DNA of 32,000 nucleotides from Nitrosopumilus sp. GTDB taxonomy: Archaea > Thermoproteota > Nitrososphaeria > Nitrososphaerales > Nitrosopumilaceae. A model generated the notes under the pieces. The model had not been told where the DNA came from. It did not search any database and saw only the letters and a list, made by a program, of their open reading frames with translations. The translations under genes were made by a program, and so were the position numbers. Where the stretch lies: NCBI GenBank assembly GCA_029864235.1, contig JAOTTW010000003.1, forward strand, positions 3,554-35,553. Reading direction: 5' to 3'. Positions 18,009-26,547 of this stretch are shown one piece after another; within the stretch, counting starts at the first letter, position 1; each line of letters opens with the position of its first letter.

Positions 18009-19265
18009 TTAAATTTGCTCTAACAGTTTTTTGGCTCTATCAAGTGAAATTTTCTTTTCTTTAATCATTTTCTGGACAATCTGATCAATTTGATCTGAAG
18101 TAGCACCTGCTGCTGCAGCTAAATTCCTAGCATGTAGTCGCATATGACCTTTCTGGATTCCTTCAGTAGCCAATGCCCTAATTGCGCTATAATTTTGTGC
18201 TAATCCAGTTGCAGTCATTACACATGCCAGTTCTTTAGCAGAAGTTACGTCTAGTATTTTTGTGCAAATTTTTGCAACAGGATGAACATTTGAAATTCCT
18301 CCAACAATACCAACTGATAGAGGTAACTCCAAAGAACCAACAAGATTTCCATCTTTATCTTTACTCCATTTGCTTAATGAACGATATTTACCAGTTCTAG
18401 CAGCGTAAGCATTTGCACTTGCTTCTATAGCTCTACTATCTTGTCCTGTTGCATTTGCAACAGCAATTGTTCCATTCATGATTCCTTTGTTATGAGTTAC
18501 TGCTCTGTAAACATCATTATCAGCAAATTGATAAGCCATCAAGATATCATCAACAACTTCATCTCCTCCAACTCCATCTTTATCAAAAATTGCCTTTGCT
18601 TTTACAATTCTTCTTGTAGAATAATTTGAAAGGATTCGCAGTAATACTCTTCCACCAGTAATTTTTTCTATTATTGGAGATACTGTTTCACACATGGTGT
18701 TTGTAATATTTGCACCCATAGCATCACCAACATCAATTAAGAGTTCAACAATCAACATCTTCCCCAAAGGTGTATCAATTTCCTTACAAGAAACTTCTTT
18801 TGCACCTTTACCCATTTTTGATAAAGTATTACTTTTGGAATTTGCAAGTTCAAGAATTTTTTTTTCAGATTCTTTGATTTTTCTAATTCCGTTTGATACA
18901 TCAACATCCAATACTTGGATTTGACCAATGCTATAGGATTCATCAGCAGAAACATCAAATCCCCCCTTAATTCTTGCAATTTTGGCTCCTTTTGATGCTG
19001 CAGCAATAACAGATGGTTCTTCAATAACCATTGGAATGAGATAGTCCTTACCATTAATCTTGAAATTTGTTGCAATTCCCAGAGGTAGAGAAAAAGTTCC
19101 AATAGCATTTTCTACCATTTTATCTGCTTTTTCAAATGATATTCCACCATTATTACTTTGTAAAATTTTTAATTCTTCTTCAGATAAATTTGCAAAATTT
19201 TTAACTATATCCAATTTCTCTTTTCGTGATTTTTCAAAAAATTTTGAAATTGATGAATTTCTCAT
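18009..19265 (-). CDS. hmgA: 3-hydroxy-3-methylglutaryl-CoA reductase (mevalonate pathway)
   Basis: 418 aa. Motifs are ENAIGTFSLPLG, EEPSVIAA, GDAMGAN and GHMRLHARN. Confidence 0.93.
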   Translation of the reverse strand: MRNSSISKFFEKSRKEKLDIVKNFANLSEEELKILQSNNGGISFEKADKMVENAIGTFSLPLGIATNFKINGKDYLIPMVIEEPSVIAAASKGAKIARIKGGFDVSADESYSIGQIQVLDVDVSNGIRKIKESEKKILELANSKSNTLSKMGKGAKEVSCKEIDTPLGKMLIVELLIDVGDAMGANITNTMCETVSPIIEKITGGRVLLRILSNYSTRRIVKAKAIFDKDGVGGDEVVDDILMAYQFADNDVYRAVTHNKGIMNGTIAVANATGQDSRAIEASANAYAARTGKYRSLSKWSKDKDGNLVGSLELPLSVGIVGGISNVHPVAKICTKILDVTSAKELACVMTATGLAQNYSAIRALATEGIQKGHMRLHARNLAAAAGATSDQIDQIVQKMIKEKKISLDRAKKLLEQI

Positions 19266-19266
19266 T

Positions 19267-20361
19267 TTATTTCATTATCCTTAACAATTTATCATCAGCA
19301 CTATCTGGAAAACCTTTTCCATCAGTATTTGAAGTTATAACATATAGACTTCCGTCTGGGCCTTGTACGACATCACGGATTCTTCCTAGTCCACTAAGAA
19401 TTGTTTTTTGTGAGTTAAGTCCTTTTTCAAGATCTATTTGGTAAAGATTAGTTGCACGAAGTGAGGCCAGTACAAATGGGGCTTCCAAGTCAATTTTATC
19501 TGCGGAATAATACAATATTCCAGCTGGTTCAATACTAGGATCATAACACATTATTGAATTCTCAAATTGAGCATATCCTGAGCATTGTTGGTCAGGCCAA
19601 CCATAGTTATTTCCCGCTTTAAGAAGATTAATTTCGTCATTTTTTTCTGGCCCAAGTTCTGCCAGATACATATTTCCCTGATTATCCCACGTCATACCCT
19701 GTGGGTTTCTATGACCTAAAGTGAACACAGGTGAATCGGAAAAAGGATTATCTTCAGGAATACTTCCATCATCATTTAATCTCAAAATTTTTCCTGATAA
19801 AGAATTTATTTCTTGAGGAAGATGTGAAGAATCAGAAACAGTTCCAGTACCTACATATAATTTTTTATCAGGCCCAAATTTTAAAAATCCACCATTTGTA
19901 AAAGCAGAGCCAGGAATTTTGTCAAATATTGTTTTTGCATCAATTAGTTTGCTTCCTGATTCTTTAATTTGAAGAATTTTGTTCCAAAGTTTTCCATTTT
20001 CTTCATATGTAAAATATACATAAAGAAAATGAGTTTCTGAAAAATTAGGATGAAGTGTAATTCCAAGTAACCCCCCATCAAAAACATTTGCAGGTCTTAA
20101 TGTAGCAAGTGGTTCTTCTAATAATTTGTCATTTAGAATAACTCTAATCAATCCATCTTTTTCTGTTACAAAAACTCGGTTTTCTGAAATAGCTATTGAA
20201 CGTGGTGAGTCAAGATTTTCTGCCAGTATTAAAACAGAATTATTTTCTGATTTAGAAAAAGACGGTTCAGGAATAGGTAAAGGATCAGAAGGAGATGTTA
20301 AAACAAATGCTGAAAATGCTAATGCACCTGCAATAGCAGCTATTCGGAGTTTTTTATCCAC
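19267..20361 (-). CDS. Secreted soluble glucose/sorbosone dehydrogenase-like (SGDH, PQQ-type) six-bladed beta-propeller protein
   Basis: 364 aa. It has an N-terminal signal/anchor (IAAIAGALAFSAFVL) and the motifs GGLLGITLHP and GHRNPQGMTWD, typical of the family. Confidence 0.75.
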   Translation of the reverse strand: MDKKLRIAAIAGALAFSAFVLTSPSDPLPIPEPSFSKSENNSVLILAENLDSPRSIAISENRVFVTEKDGLIRVILNDKLLEEPLATLRPANVFDGGLLGITLHPNFSETHFLYVYFTYEENGKLWNKILQIKESGSKLIDAKTIFDKIPGSAFTNGGFLKFGPDKKLYVGTGTVSDSSHLPQEINSLSGKILRLNDDGSIPEDNPFSDSPVFTLGHRNPQGMTWDNQGNMYLAELGPEKNDEINLLKAGNNYGWPDQQCSGYAQFENSIMCYDPSIEPAGILYYSADKIDLEAPFVLASLRATNLYQIDLEKGLNSQKTILSGLGRIRDVVQGPDGSLYVITSNTDGKGFPDSADDKLLRIMK

Positions 20362-20413
20362 AAAAAATTAATCTTTTCAAATCCTATTAATTACTTTCAA
20401 GAATTTAATAAAG

Positions 20414-20421
20414 CGTATATA
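20414..20421 (+). promoter_or_regulatory. Putative TATA box (cgtatata) for the tRNA gene
   Basis: It lies 24-31 nt upstream of tRNA position 1 (20445) and is preceded by the A-rich, BRE-like sequence ttaataaag. Confidence 0.45.
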
Positions 20422-20444
20422 CGGCTCGTACTCATTTCTGAGTC

Positions 20445-20534
20445 AGCGGGGTGGGGAAGTCAGACTATTTAGGGCTAGGTCATCCCGGCGGGCTCATAAC
20501 CCGCAAATCAGTAGTTCAAATCTACTCCCCGCTA
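20445..20534 (+). tRNA. Initiator tRNA-Met (anticodon CAU at 20495-20497) with a ~15-nt insertion (putative non-canonical intron) in the D-loop
   Basis: I folded this by hand. The acceptor is AGCGGGG/CCCCGCT (A1:U72) with discriminator A. The D stem is GGGA/TCCC. The anticodon stem is GCGGG/CCCGC (three G:C pairs next to the loop) with loop CTCATAA. The T arm is AGTAG-TTCAAAT-CTACT. No CCA is encoded. The total is 90 nt against about 75 expected. A T-rich tract follows (20535-20546). It is the only GC-rich island in this intergenic region. Confidence 0.85.
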
Positions 20535-20541
20535 TTTAATT

Positions 20542-21864
20542 TTAATAAACACGAAACCAAGAACTGGATTTATCAAATTTAGAATCTTTATTATTTATTC
20601 CAAGACGTTGTTTAGGTCTTGTTAGGTGCCTATGAGCAGAAATTTTAGGAATGTATAGCTGTTTTTTGATGTTTCTTGGCATCGCCCGAATTTCTTTTTT
20701 TGGAGATTTTAAACCACACTTAATACATTGAAAATCCTGATTTTTCCCTTTAGATTTCATGTTTTTCTTACACTTATTACAAATTGGATTAGTTTCTTGA
20801 AGGATTTTTTTTAGAGTAAGAATTTCCATAAATTCAACATTTAATGTTCTACGATATTTTTTGGTTGCCTTTTTGACTCCACCACCAATGCAAATTTTAT
20901 CACCAATAATCAAATTGTTTGCAATAGATGTCATACCTGTTGGTTTGTAAATTGCACAAGGTATTTCCTTAGAGTTTGATAAAATTGAGAATAAAACATG
21001 TCCTCCTTTGATAGTTTTTGGTTTGCTTGAAACAATTCCTGTAACTTTTCCAGAAGCATATGCTTTAAGATTATTTACATTTAATTCATTTTTTAAATGA
21101 TCACCAGTGCCTTGGTTTGATTTAAAGATCATAAATCCGGCTAGTTTTTCTTTAGATTTCAAAATTTTTGTAGCACGTAATAATGAATCAATGTTTTCAC
21201 CTCGTATTCCATAGAAAACAGGATCAGGTCCATGTGGGGTGATTAAAACTCTACCTTTTTTAGCATCAAAACTATTGAAAGTGTATGGAGCAGTATTTTT
21301 TTCCATATCTATGACACTTTTAGTTGAAATTTTTCTTTCCTTACCAAATTTAGAATTTTTACGATAACTAAGTAATTCCAAGGTATAGTCATCAAAGTGA
21401 TAACCTATTGCACCTATTGCACCAATCAAACCTTGACCATTTCCAAGATAAAAAAAATCAAGGTTATTTTTTGAAGCAAATTTCTTTGCATAATTTCTAT
21501 TGATTAACTGCCATAATGCTAATTTGCTAAATTCTGTAAATTCACGAGGAATGGTTTCTTTTTGGTAAAAAACAAGGCCAGGATTTGCACCATTTTTAAT
21601 ATCAGAATATTTTTCAACAAGATTTTTAATTTTGTTTTTTATTTTGGAAGGATTTTTTGTTCTTAGGGACATGGAAATTGCACCATTTCCCCGTGTTTTC
21701 CAAGGAATGTTTGGATTAAATCGGATTAGTTTTGGATAATCCAAGAATTCTGAATCTTCTTTTTTTAATTCATTAACAATTTTGTAGGCAAGAAAAGTTG
21801 TGCACATTCCCTTTAGTGAATCTGTATCATCAAAACCAATAGTAAGAGTTTGCTTTAAATCCAC
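20542..21864 (-). CDS. tiaS: tRNA(Ile2) 2-agmatinylcytidine synthetase
   Basis: 440 aa. It has the N-terminal signature IGFDDTDSLKGMCTTFLA and a C-terminal zinc ribbon (CNKCKK...CIKCG). Confidence 0.85.
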   Translation of the reverse strand: MDLKQTLTIGFDDTDSLKGMCTTFLAYKIVNELKKEDSEFLDYPKLIRFNPNIPWKTRGNGAISMSLRTKNPSKIKNKIKNLVEKYSDIKNGANPGLVFYQKETIPREFTEFSKLALWQLINRNYAKKFASKNNLDFFYLGNGQGLIGAIGAIGYHFDDYTLELLSYRKNSKFGKERKISTKSVIDMEKNTAPYTFNSFDAKKGRVLITPHGPDPVFYGIRGENIDSLLRATKILKSKEKLAGFMIFKSNQGTGDHLKNELNVNNLKAYASGKVTGIVSSKPKTIKGGHVLFSILSNSKEIPCAIYKPTGMTSIANNLIIGDKICIGGGVKKATKKYRRTLNVEFMEILTLKKILQETNPICNKCKKNMKSKGKNQDFQCIKCGLKSPKKEIRAMPRNIKKQLYIPKISAHRHLTRPKQRLGINNKDSKFDKSSSWFRVY

Positions 21865-21948
21865 AATTTGTAGTCAGAATTCCAGATATTTTTATTTGTT
21901 GCAAACCACAGTTGGTTTAAATTAATATCAATACATTCTTAGCTAATA

Positions 21949-22944
21949 TTGATAGTCATAGATGAGAAACGAATTTTCGGTGAAATTGAATCTAGAAAAC
22001 CAGCATCAGTGTCTCTGAATGGTCCAGATGGAATTTTACCACAAGTCCAAGATACTGCAGTAAAAATTACTGAAAAGTTTGGTATTCCTGCATATGTTCT
22101 GGCAGATACGACATGGGGAACTTGTGATTTGAATTCTAGTGGTTCAAAGATTCTTGGTGCAGAAATTCAATTTAATATTGGCCACACAATAAACATAGAG
22201 TCATTTGAAGAGAATGTTATTTTGATTGATGCTTTTGATGATATTGAATTTGACAGAGTGGCAAAAAAATGTATTGGAATTCTAAAAGGTAAAAAAATTT
22301 CATTGGTTACTGATAGTCAACATTTGCATCAAATTGACAAAGTTAACGAAATCTTGACCAAGGGTGGTGTTAAAGTGAAGATAGGTAAAGGTAAAGGACA
22401 ATTAAATGATGGTCAAGTATTTGGCTGTGAATTTTATCCAGCGACTCAATTAAAAGAGGAAGTAGATGCATACGTATTTCTAGGACAGAGTAATTTTCAT
22501 GCTTCTGGGATTGCACTATCCACAAACAAATCAACATATGTTTTAGATCCATATTTCAATGAAGTAAGAGAAATAACAGATTTTGCTCAGAAATTAAAGA
22601 GAAAAGCTACTCTTGCAATTTACAAAGCGGTTGATGCTGAGTCATTTGGAATAATTGTAGGTCTTAAAGAAGGTCAACTTTCCAAAGTTTTTGCTCTTAA
22701 ATTTAAAAAGGAGTTGGAAAAAGAAGGAAAAACAGTTCAATTATTTGCCTTAACTGATATTACAAATGAAAGATTAAGGAATCTAAAGGGAATAGATGCA
22801 TTCATTCAAGTTGCATGTCCACGAATATCTACAGACAACCAATTTGACAAACCTGTTTTATCTACCCCTCAAGCAAATGCGCTGTTGAAAATTTTAAGAA
22901 AAGAAAGTATTGAAGGATATCTTGAAATTCCTCATTGGTTATGA
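21949..22944 (+). CDS. dph2: Diphthamide synthesis radical-SAM enzyme Dph2 (2-(3-amino-3-carboxypropyl)histidine synthase)
   Basis: 331 aa with a TTG start in the ORF track. It has conserved Cys contexts (WGTCDL, FGCE, VACPR) and archaeal Dph2 length. The start codon is uncertain. Confidence 0.8.
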   Translation: MIVIDEKRIFGEIESRKPASVSLNGPDGILPQVQDTAVKITEKFGIPAYVLADTTWGTCDLNSSGSKILGAEIQFNIGHTINIESFEENVILIDAFDDIEFDRVAKKCIGILKGKKISLVTDSQHLHQIDKVNEILTKGGVKVKIGKGKGQLNDGQVFGCEFYPATQLKEEVDAYVFLGQSNFHASGIALSTNKSTYVLDPYFNEVREITDFAQKLKRKATLAIYKAVDAESFGIIVGLKEGQLSKVFALKFKKELEKEGKTVQLFALTDITNERLRNLKGIDAFIQVACPRISTDNQFDKPVLSTPQANALLKILRKESIEGYLEIPHWL

Positions 22945-22946
22945 AA

Positions 22947-23552
22947 TTACAAAATCATTTGTTGGAATCTTTTATTATTCATCAATTTTACAAATGAACT
23001 AGATTTTCTAGCCTTAATTTTATACTCAATTCCTTGAACTGTGGCTTTTTCTAGAGTGTCTAACCCTTCGTCAATTTTAGATAGCATTACAAGATTACAT
23101 GATTTATCATAAAGTACATTACCATTATTTGGATAATTTACAAGAATGCTATCACAGCAAACTATTGATTCATCAAATTTTTTCAGAGAAAATAAAATTC
23201 TTTCTTTATGATATAACGCAATGTTATATTTTGGATTATTATCTAAAATTTTATTACAAAGACAGAATGCTGTGTTAAAATTACCTTTTTTGCGAAGTGC
23301 GGACATTTTATTTACTAAAATTAAGAGATCAGACGGATCTAATTTCAATGCTGCATCATAACATTTCATGGATCCATCAAAATCTTTGAGCTTACTTAAT
23401 GCATAGCCTTTATTGTTAAGAGAGCTAATATGATTTGGGTTTTCCTTTAAAATTTTATCATAATATATAATTGCATCTCGTAACTTTCCTTTAAGAAATA
23501 ATCTATTTGCTTTGTCTAAAGTGGAGTCAATTTTTGGATCAGTCATGTACAC
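22947..23552 (-). CDS. TPR-repeat protein
   Basis: 201 aa with about five 34-residue repeats, for example AIIYYDKILKENPNHISSLNNKGYAL and SMKCYDAALKLDPSD. Confidence 0.8.
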   Translation of the reverse strand: MYMTDPKIDSTLDKANRLFLKGKLRDAIIYYDKILKENPNHISSLNNKGYALSKLKDFDGSMKCYDAALKLDPSDLLILVNKMSALRKKGNFNTAFCLCNKILDNNPKYNIALYHKERILFSLKKFDESIVCCDSILVNYPNNGNVLYDKSCNLVMLSKIDEGLDTLEKATVQGIEYKIKARKSSSFVKLMNNKRFQQMIL

Positions 23553-23553
23553 A

Positions 23554-24624
23554 CTATGGTTTCATTAAGATTTTTCCAAATAGGCCATTTCCTTTAAGCA
23601 TCTTTGTATGGGCTTCAGCTGCATTTTCTAATGTATAGACAGAATCAATAATAGATTTGATTTTACCTTTGGACATCCAATATAGTCCCTGTTCCAATTC
23701 TGCTCGTGTTCCTTGTGTTGAGCCTAAAATATTGATTCCTTTGAAAAAAATGTGTCTTAGATCAGTTTTTACATCATATCCTGTTGTTGCTCCAGTAGTT
23801 ACAATTGTTGCTCCATATTTTAACAAAGTTAGTTCCTTGTTCCAATGTGAGCCACCTATATGTTCAAAAATCACATCAACACCTGGAACATCACCATATG
23901 GTTTAGGAATATTTTTTGCAATGGAACGTACTTCTTTATACCAATCTTTATTTCTGTGATTCACTGCATAGTCAGCACCAAGCTCAATTAATTTGTCCAA
24001 TTTATCTGGGCTAGCAGTTGCAATTATAGTACAACCAAACAATTTTGCAATTTGGATTCCATAATTTCCAACACCAGAACTTCCACCCATTATCAAGACT
24101 AGTTGTCCAGGTTGGATCTTTGCTCTTCCAACTAGCATATGCCATGAAGTAAGTAATGTCATTGATGCGGCAGCTGCATCATCATAGCTTACACCATCAG
24201 GAATTTTTACGACATTTACTTCAGGTAAATGTGTGACTTCGCAATATCCTCCCCACAAAGGACCTGTTTCAAATCCCCAAATCCGTCTCATTCTACAATC
24301 AAATTCTTTGCCACTGGTGCATGCTTTACAAACACGACATGACATGTTTCCATGTGAAACAATCCTATCACCAACTTTGATATTTTTTACATCATTTCCT
24401 ACTGCAATTACTTCTCCAGATGCATCAGTTCCAGAGATATGTGGTAATGGAATAGCCAAAGGTTTTCCCCTCATTCCCCATATATCATCATAATTTAATG
24501 CGGCTGCTTTTACCCTGAAAATCACTTCATCGGATTTTGGAGTTGGTTCAGGAATATCCTTTATTTTTAAAATTTTAGAAAAATCATCATCAGTAGTATA
24601 TTTATCATATACTAGTGCCCTCAT
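23554..24624 (-). CDS. Medium-chain dehydrogenase/reductase (zinc-ADH fold), enoyl-thioester/crotonyl-CoA-reductase-like
   Basis: 356 aa. It has a GroES-like N-terminus, the Cys cluster CRVCKACTSGKEFDC, the motif RIWGFETGPLWGGYCE (which resembles the IWGYETN motif of CCR-type reductases) and the Rossmann motif GGSSGVGNYGIQ. Confidence 0.75.
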   Translation of the reverse strand: MRALVYDKYTTDDDFSKILKIKDIPEPTPKSDEVIFRVKAAALNYDDIWGMRGKPLAIPLPHISGTDASGEVIAVGNDVKNIKVGDRIVSHGNMSCRVCKACTSGKEFDCRMRRIWGFETGPLWGGYCEVTHLPEVNVVKIPDGVSYDDAAAASMTLLTSWHMLVGRAKIQPGQLVLIMGGSSGVGNYGIQIAKLFGCTIIATASPDKLDKLIELGADYAVNHRNKDWYKEVRSIAKNIPKPYGDVPGVDVIFEHIGGSHWNKELTLLKYGATIVTTGATTGYDVKTDLRHIFFKGINILGSTQGTRAELEQGLYWMSKGKIKSIIDSVYTLENAAEAHTKMLKGNGLFGKILMKP

Positions 24625-24712
24625 GATTTCTTTTGATTATTTCTAGATATATGATTTGCCACCAATCAAAATTACCACAAACAATTATAATCATAACATC
24701 AAAATTCACATC

Positions 24713-25264
24713 ATGTCTAAATTTTACACATTTCCAGGTGATAAAATAGCTTCAATTGAGGAATATGAGGCAGGATACAATACATTTGATGATGGAAATA
24801 TGGTACGAGCAGCAACGGTAGGTGAAAAAGACATAGACAAGGTAACTCGTACTGCAAAAATCAAGCATCCAAAAATGCTTTCCATACCAAGAGTAGGAGA
24901 CACAATAATTGGTAAAGTTGCAGCAGTAATGTCTTCAATGATTGCAGTGACAATTGATTATATTAATGGAAAACCTACAACATCCAAAGTTGAATGTGTG
25001 TGTTCTACGAGAAACATTAGAAAAAAGAATGTCGCCTTAGTTAATGATATTGTTACTTTGAAGATAATCAATCACCTTAATGGTACAATTCATGCTGCAA
25101 TGGATGAGTCGGATTTAGGAGTATTATTCACAAAATGTAGAAAATGTGGAGGTAAAGTTGTACAAATGCGGGATGCAATTAAATGTACAGAATGTTCTTG
25201 GATTGATGAAAGAAAACTTTCAACAAATTTCGGCAAAAGTGATTTTTTAAAACTTAGAGAGTAA
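24713..25264 (+). CDS. csl4: Exosome complex RNA-binding subunit Csl4
   Basis: The ORF track starts at TTG 24656. I prefer ATG 24713 (MSKFYTFPGDKIASIEEYEAG). It has an S1-like central domain and a C-terminal zinc ribbon (CRKCGG...CTECS). Confidence 0.8.
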   Translation: MSKFYTFPGDKIASIEEYEAGYNTFDDGNMVRAATVGEKDIDKVTRTAKIKHPKMLSIPRVGDTIIGKVAAVMSSMIAVTIDYINGKPTTSKVECVCSTRNIRKKNVALVNDIVTLKIINHLNGTIHAAMDESDLGVLFTKCRKCGGKVVQMRDAIKCTECSWIDERKLSTNFGKSDFLKLRE

Positions 25265-25267
25265 AAG

Positions 25268-26083
25268 ATGATACGTGTTTCGTTCCAAGGTGAACGGGGG
25301 GCATATAGTGAGACTGCAGCAAAAGCGTTCTTTGATAAAAAAATAGAAACGATTCCTCTTCCAACTTTTGCTGAAGTTTTAGAAAGCACAAAAGAAGGTA
25401 AAACAGAGTTCTCTGTTTTACCTGTTGAGAACTCTTTAGAGGGAAGTGTTGGTGAAAGTTATGATTTACTATATTCAACATCACTTAAAGCAGTTGGAGA
25501 ATATTATCTTAGAATTGAGCATTGTCTAATTGGAAGTGGAAAATTAGAAGATGTAGATACAGTATATTCACATCCACAAGCACTTGGGCAATGCAGAGAT
25601 TTTATTGAGAAATATGGCATCAAGACAGTTCCAACATATGATACAGCAGGAAGTGTAAAAATTATCAAAGACATTGGGACAAAAAATGTGGCATGCATTG
25701 CCAGTAAAATGGCAGCTGAGATTAATAATATGCCTGTTATTTCAAAAGAAATTACAAATAATTTGAATAATTATACACGATTTTTAGTATTATCAAAGAA
25801 ACAAAAACATGAGACTGGAAAAGACAAGACATCAATAATATTTTCAATAAAGCATGAACCTGGCTCACTTTATAGAATTATAGAAAAATTTCATAATTAT
25901 TTTGTAAATATGACCAAAATTGAATCAAGACCAAACAAAAAAAGTATTTGGGAATATAATTTCTATGTAGATTTTGAAGGTCATTCAGAGAATCCTAAAA
26001 TCTCAGAAATGCTAGAGAGGATCAAAAAGGAGACACGGTTTATGAGAATTCTTGGGTCTTATCCTGCAGCAAAATTAAACTAG
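25268..26083 (+). CDS. pheA: Prephenate dehydratase with C-terminal ACT domain
   Basis: 271 aa. Motifs are FQGERGAYSE, VENSLEGSV, NYTRFLVLS and IESRP. Confidence 0.9.
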   Translation: MIRVSFQGERGAYSETAAKAFFDKKIETIPLPTFAEVLESTKEGKTEFSVLPVENSLEGSVGESYDLLYSTSLKAVGEYYLRIEHCLIGSGKLEDVDTVYSHPQALGQCRDFIEKYGIKTVPTYDTAGSVKIIKDIGTKNVACIASKMAAEINNMPVISKEITNNLNNYTRFLVLSKKQKHETGKDKTSIIFSIKHEPGSLYRIIEKFHNYFVNMTKIESRPNKKSIWEYNFYVDFEGHSENPKISEMLERIKKETRFMRILGSYPAAKLN

Positions 26084-26547
26084 AAACCTTTTGGTTTTCT
26101 CAGAGTAAATCCCATGCTAAATCCAATGATCACTACTCCTGATGTAATTACCATGAGATCATATGTAAACCATATTGGATCAGAACTTCTAATTAGGATT
26201 CCTGTTATTTCTAATTCAGTATTACCGGTATTTTGAATTTGGATTTTTGACTCTCCATCTTCTAAATGTATCCAGTCTAATGTTTTTTCTTTTTTATAAG
26301 ACGTGTTTGGAATCTGTAATCCATCTCCAGGACTTTCAAGTTTTAGATCAAAGCTATCACCAATAATTCTCATAGATTGTGGTGTATTTGCAGGCGCGGG
26401 AATTGTATAGAATGTTGAATCACCTACATCTACAAGATAATTTTCATTGACAGTTATAGTTCCAATATGTTGAATTAAAGAAACACCACCAATTGCAATA
26501 ATTATACTTCCAACAATTAATCCAATTATGGTTCTTTTTGATAACAT
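26080..26547 (-). CDS. Hypothetical membrane protein (TM helices at both termini, beta-rich middle)
   Basis: 155 aa. The N-terminal TM is IIGLIVGSIIIAIGGV and the C-terminal TM is LMVITSGVVIIGFSMGF. I recognise no family. Confidence 0.5.
   Translation of the reverse strand: MLSKRTIIGLIVGSIIIAIGGVSLIQHIGTITVNENYLVDVGDSTFYTIPAPANTPQSMRIIGDSFDLKLESPGDGLQIPNTSYKKEKTLDWIHLEDGESKIQIQNTGNTELEITGILIRSSDPIWFTYDLMVITSGVVIIGFSMGFTLRKPKGF

Noticed and set aside
20362-20560. The tRNA gene as an integration hotspot, with a possible integrated element next to it
   Set aside because: I found no integrase or recombinase ORF on either side. I noticed no direct repeat of the tRNA 3' end in the surrounding kilobases. 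The flanking genes (SGDH, TiaS) are ordinary chromosomal genes.
20445-21864. The idea that the CAU-anticodon tRNA is tRNA-Ile2, the substrate of the adjacent TiaS, forming an enzyme-substrate gene pair
   Set aside because: The tRNA has the archaeal initiator hallmarks: an A1:U72 terminal pair and three consecutive G:C pairs closing the anticodon stem. tRNA-Ile2 normally has a G1:C72-type acceptor. The genes are also convergent, not co-transcribed. The adjacency is probably coincidental, though a covariance-model classification (tRNAscan-SE isotype models) should confirm it.
24656-24712. N-terminal extension of Csl4 from TTG 24656 (MPPIKITTNNYNHNIKIH...)
   Set aside because: The extension is low-complexity. 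It starts only 32 bp from the divergent MDR gene start and would consume the promoter region. The conserved Csl4 N-terminus begins at the ATG at 24713.
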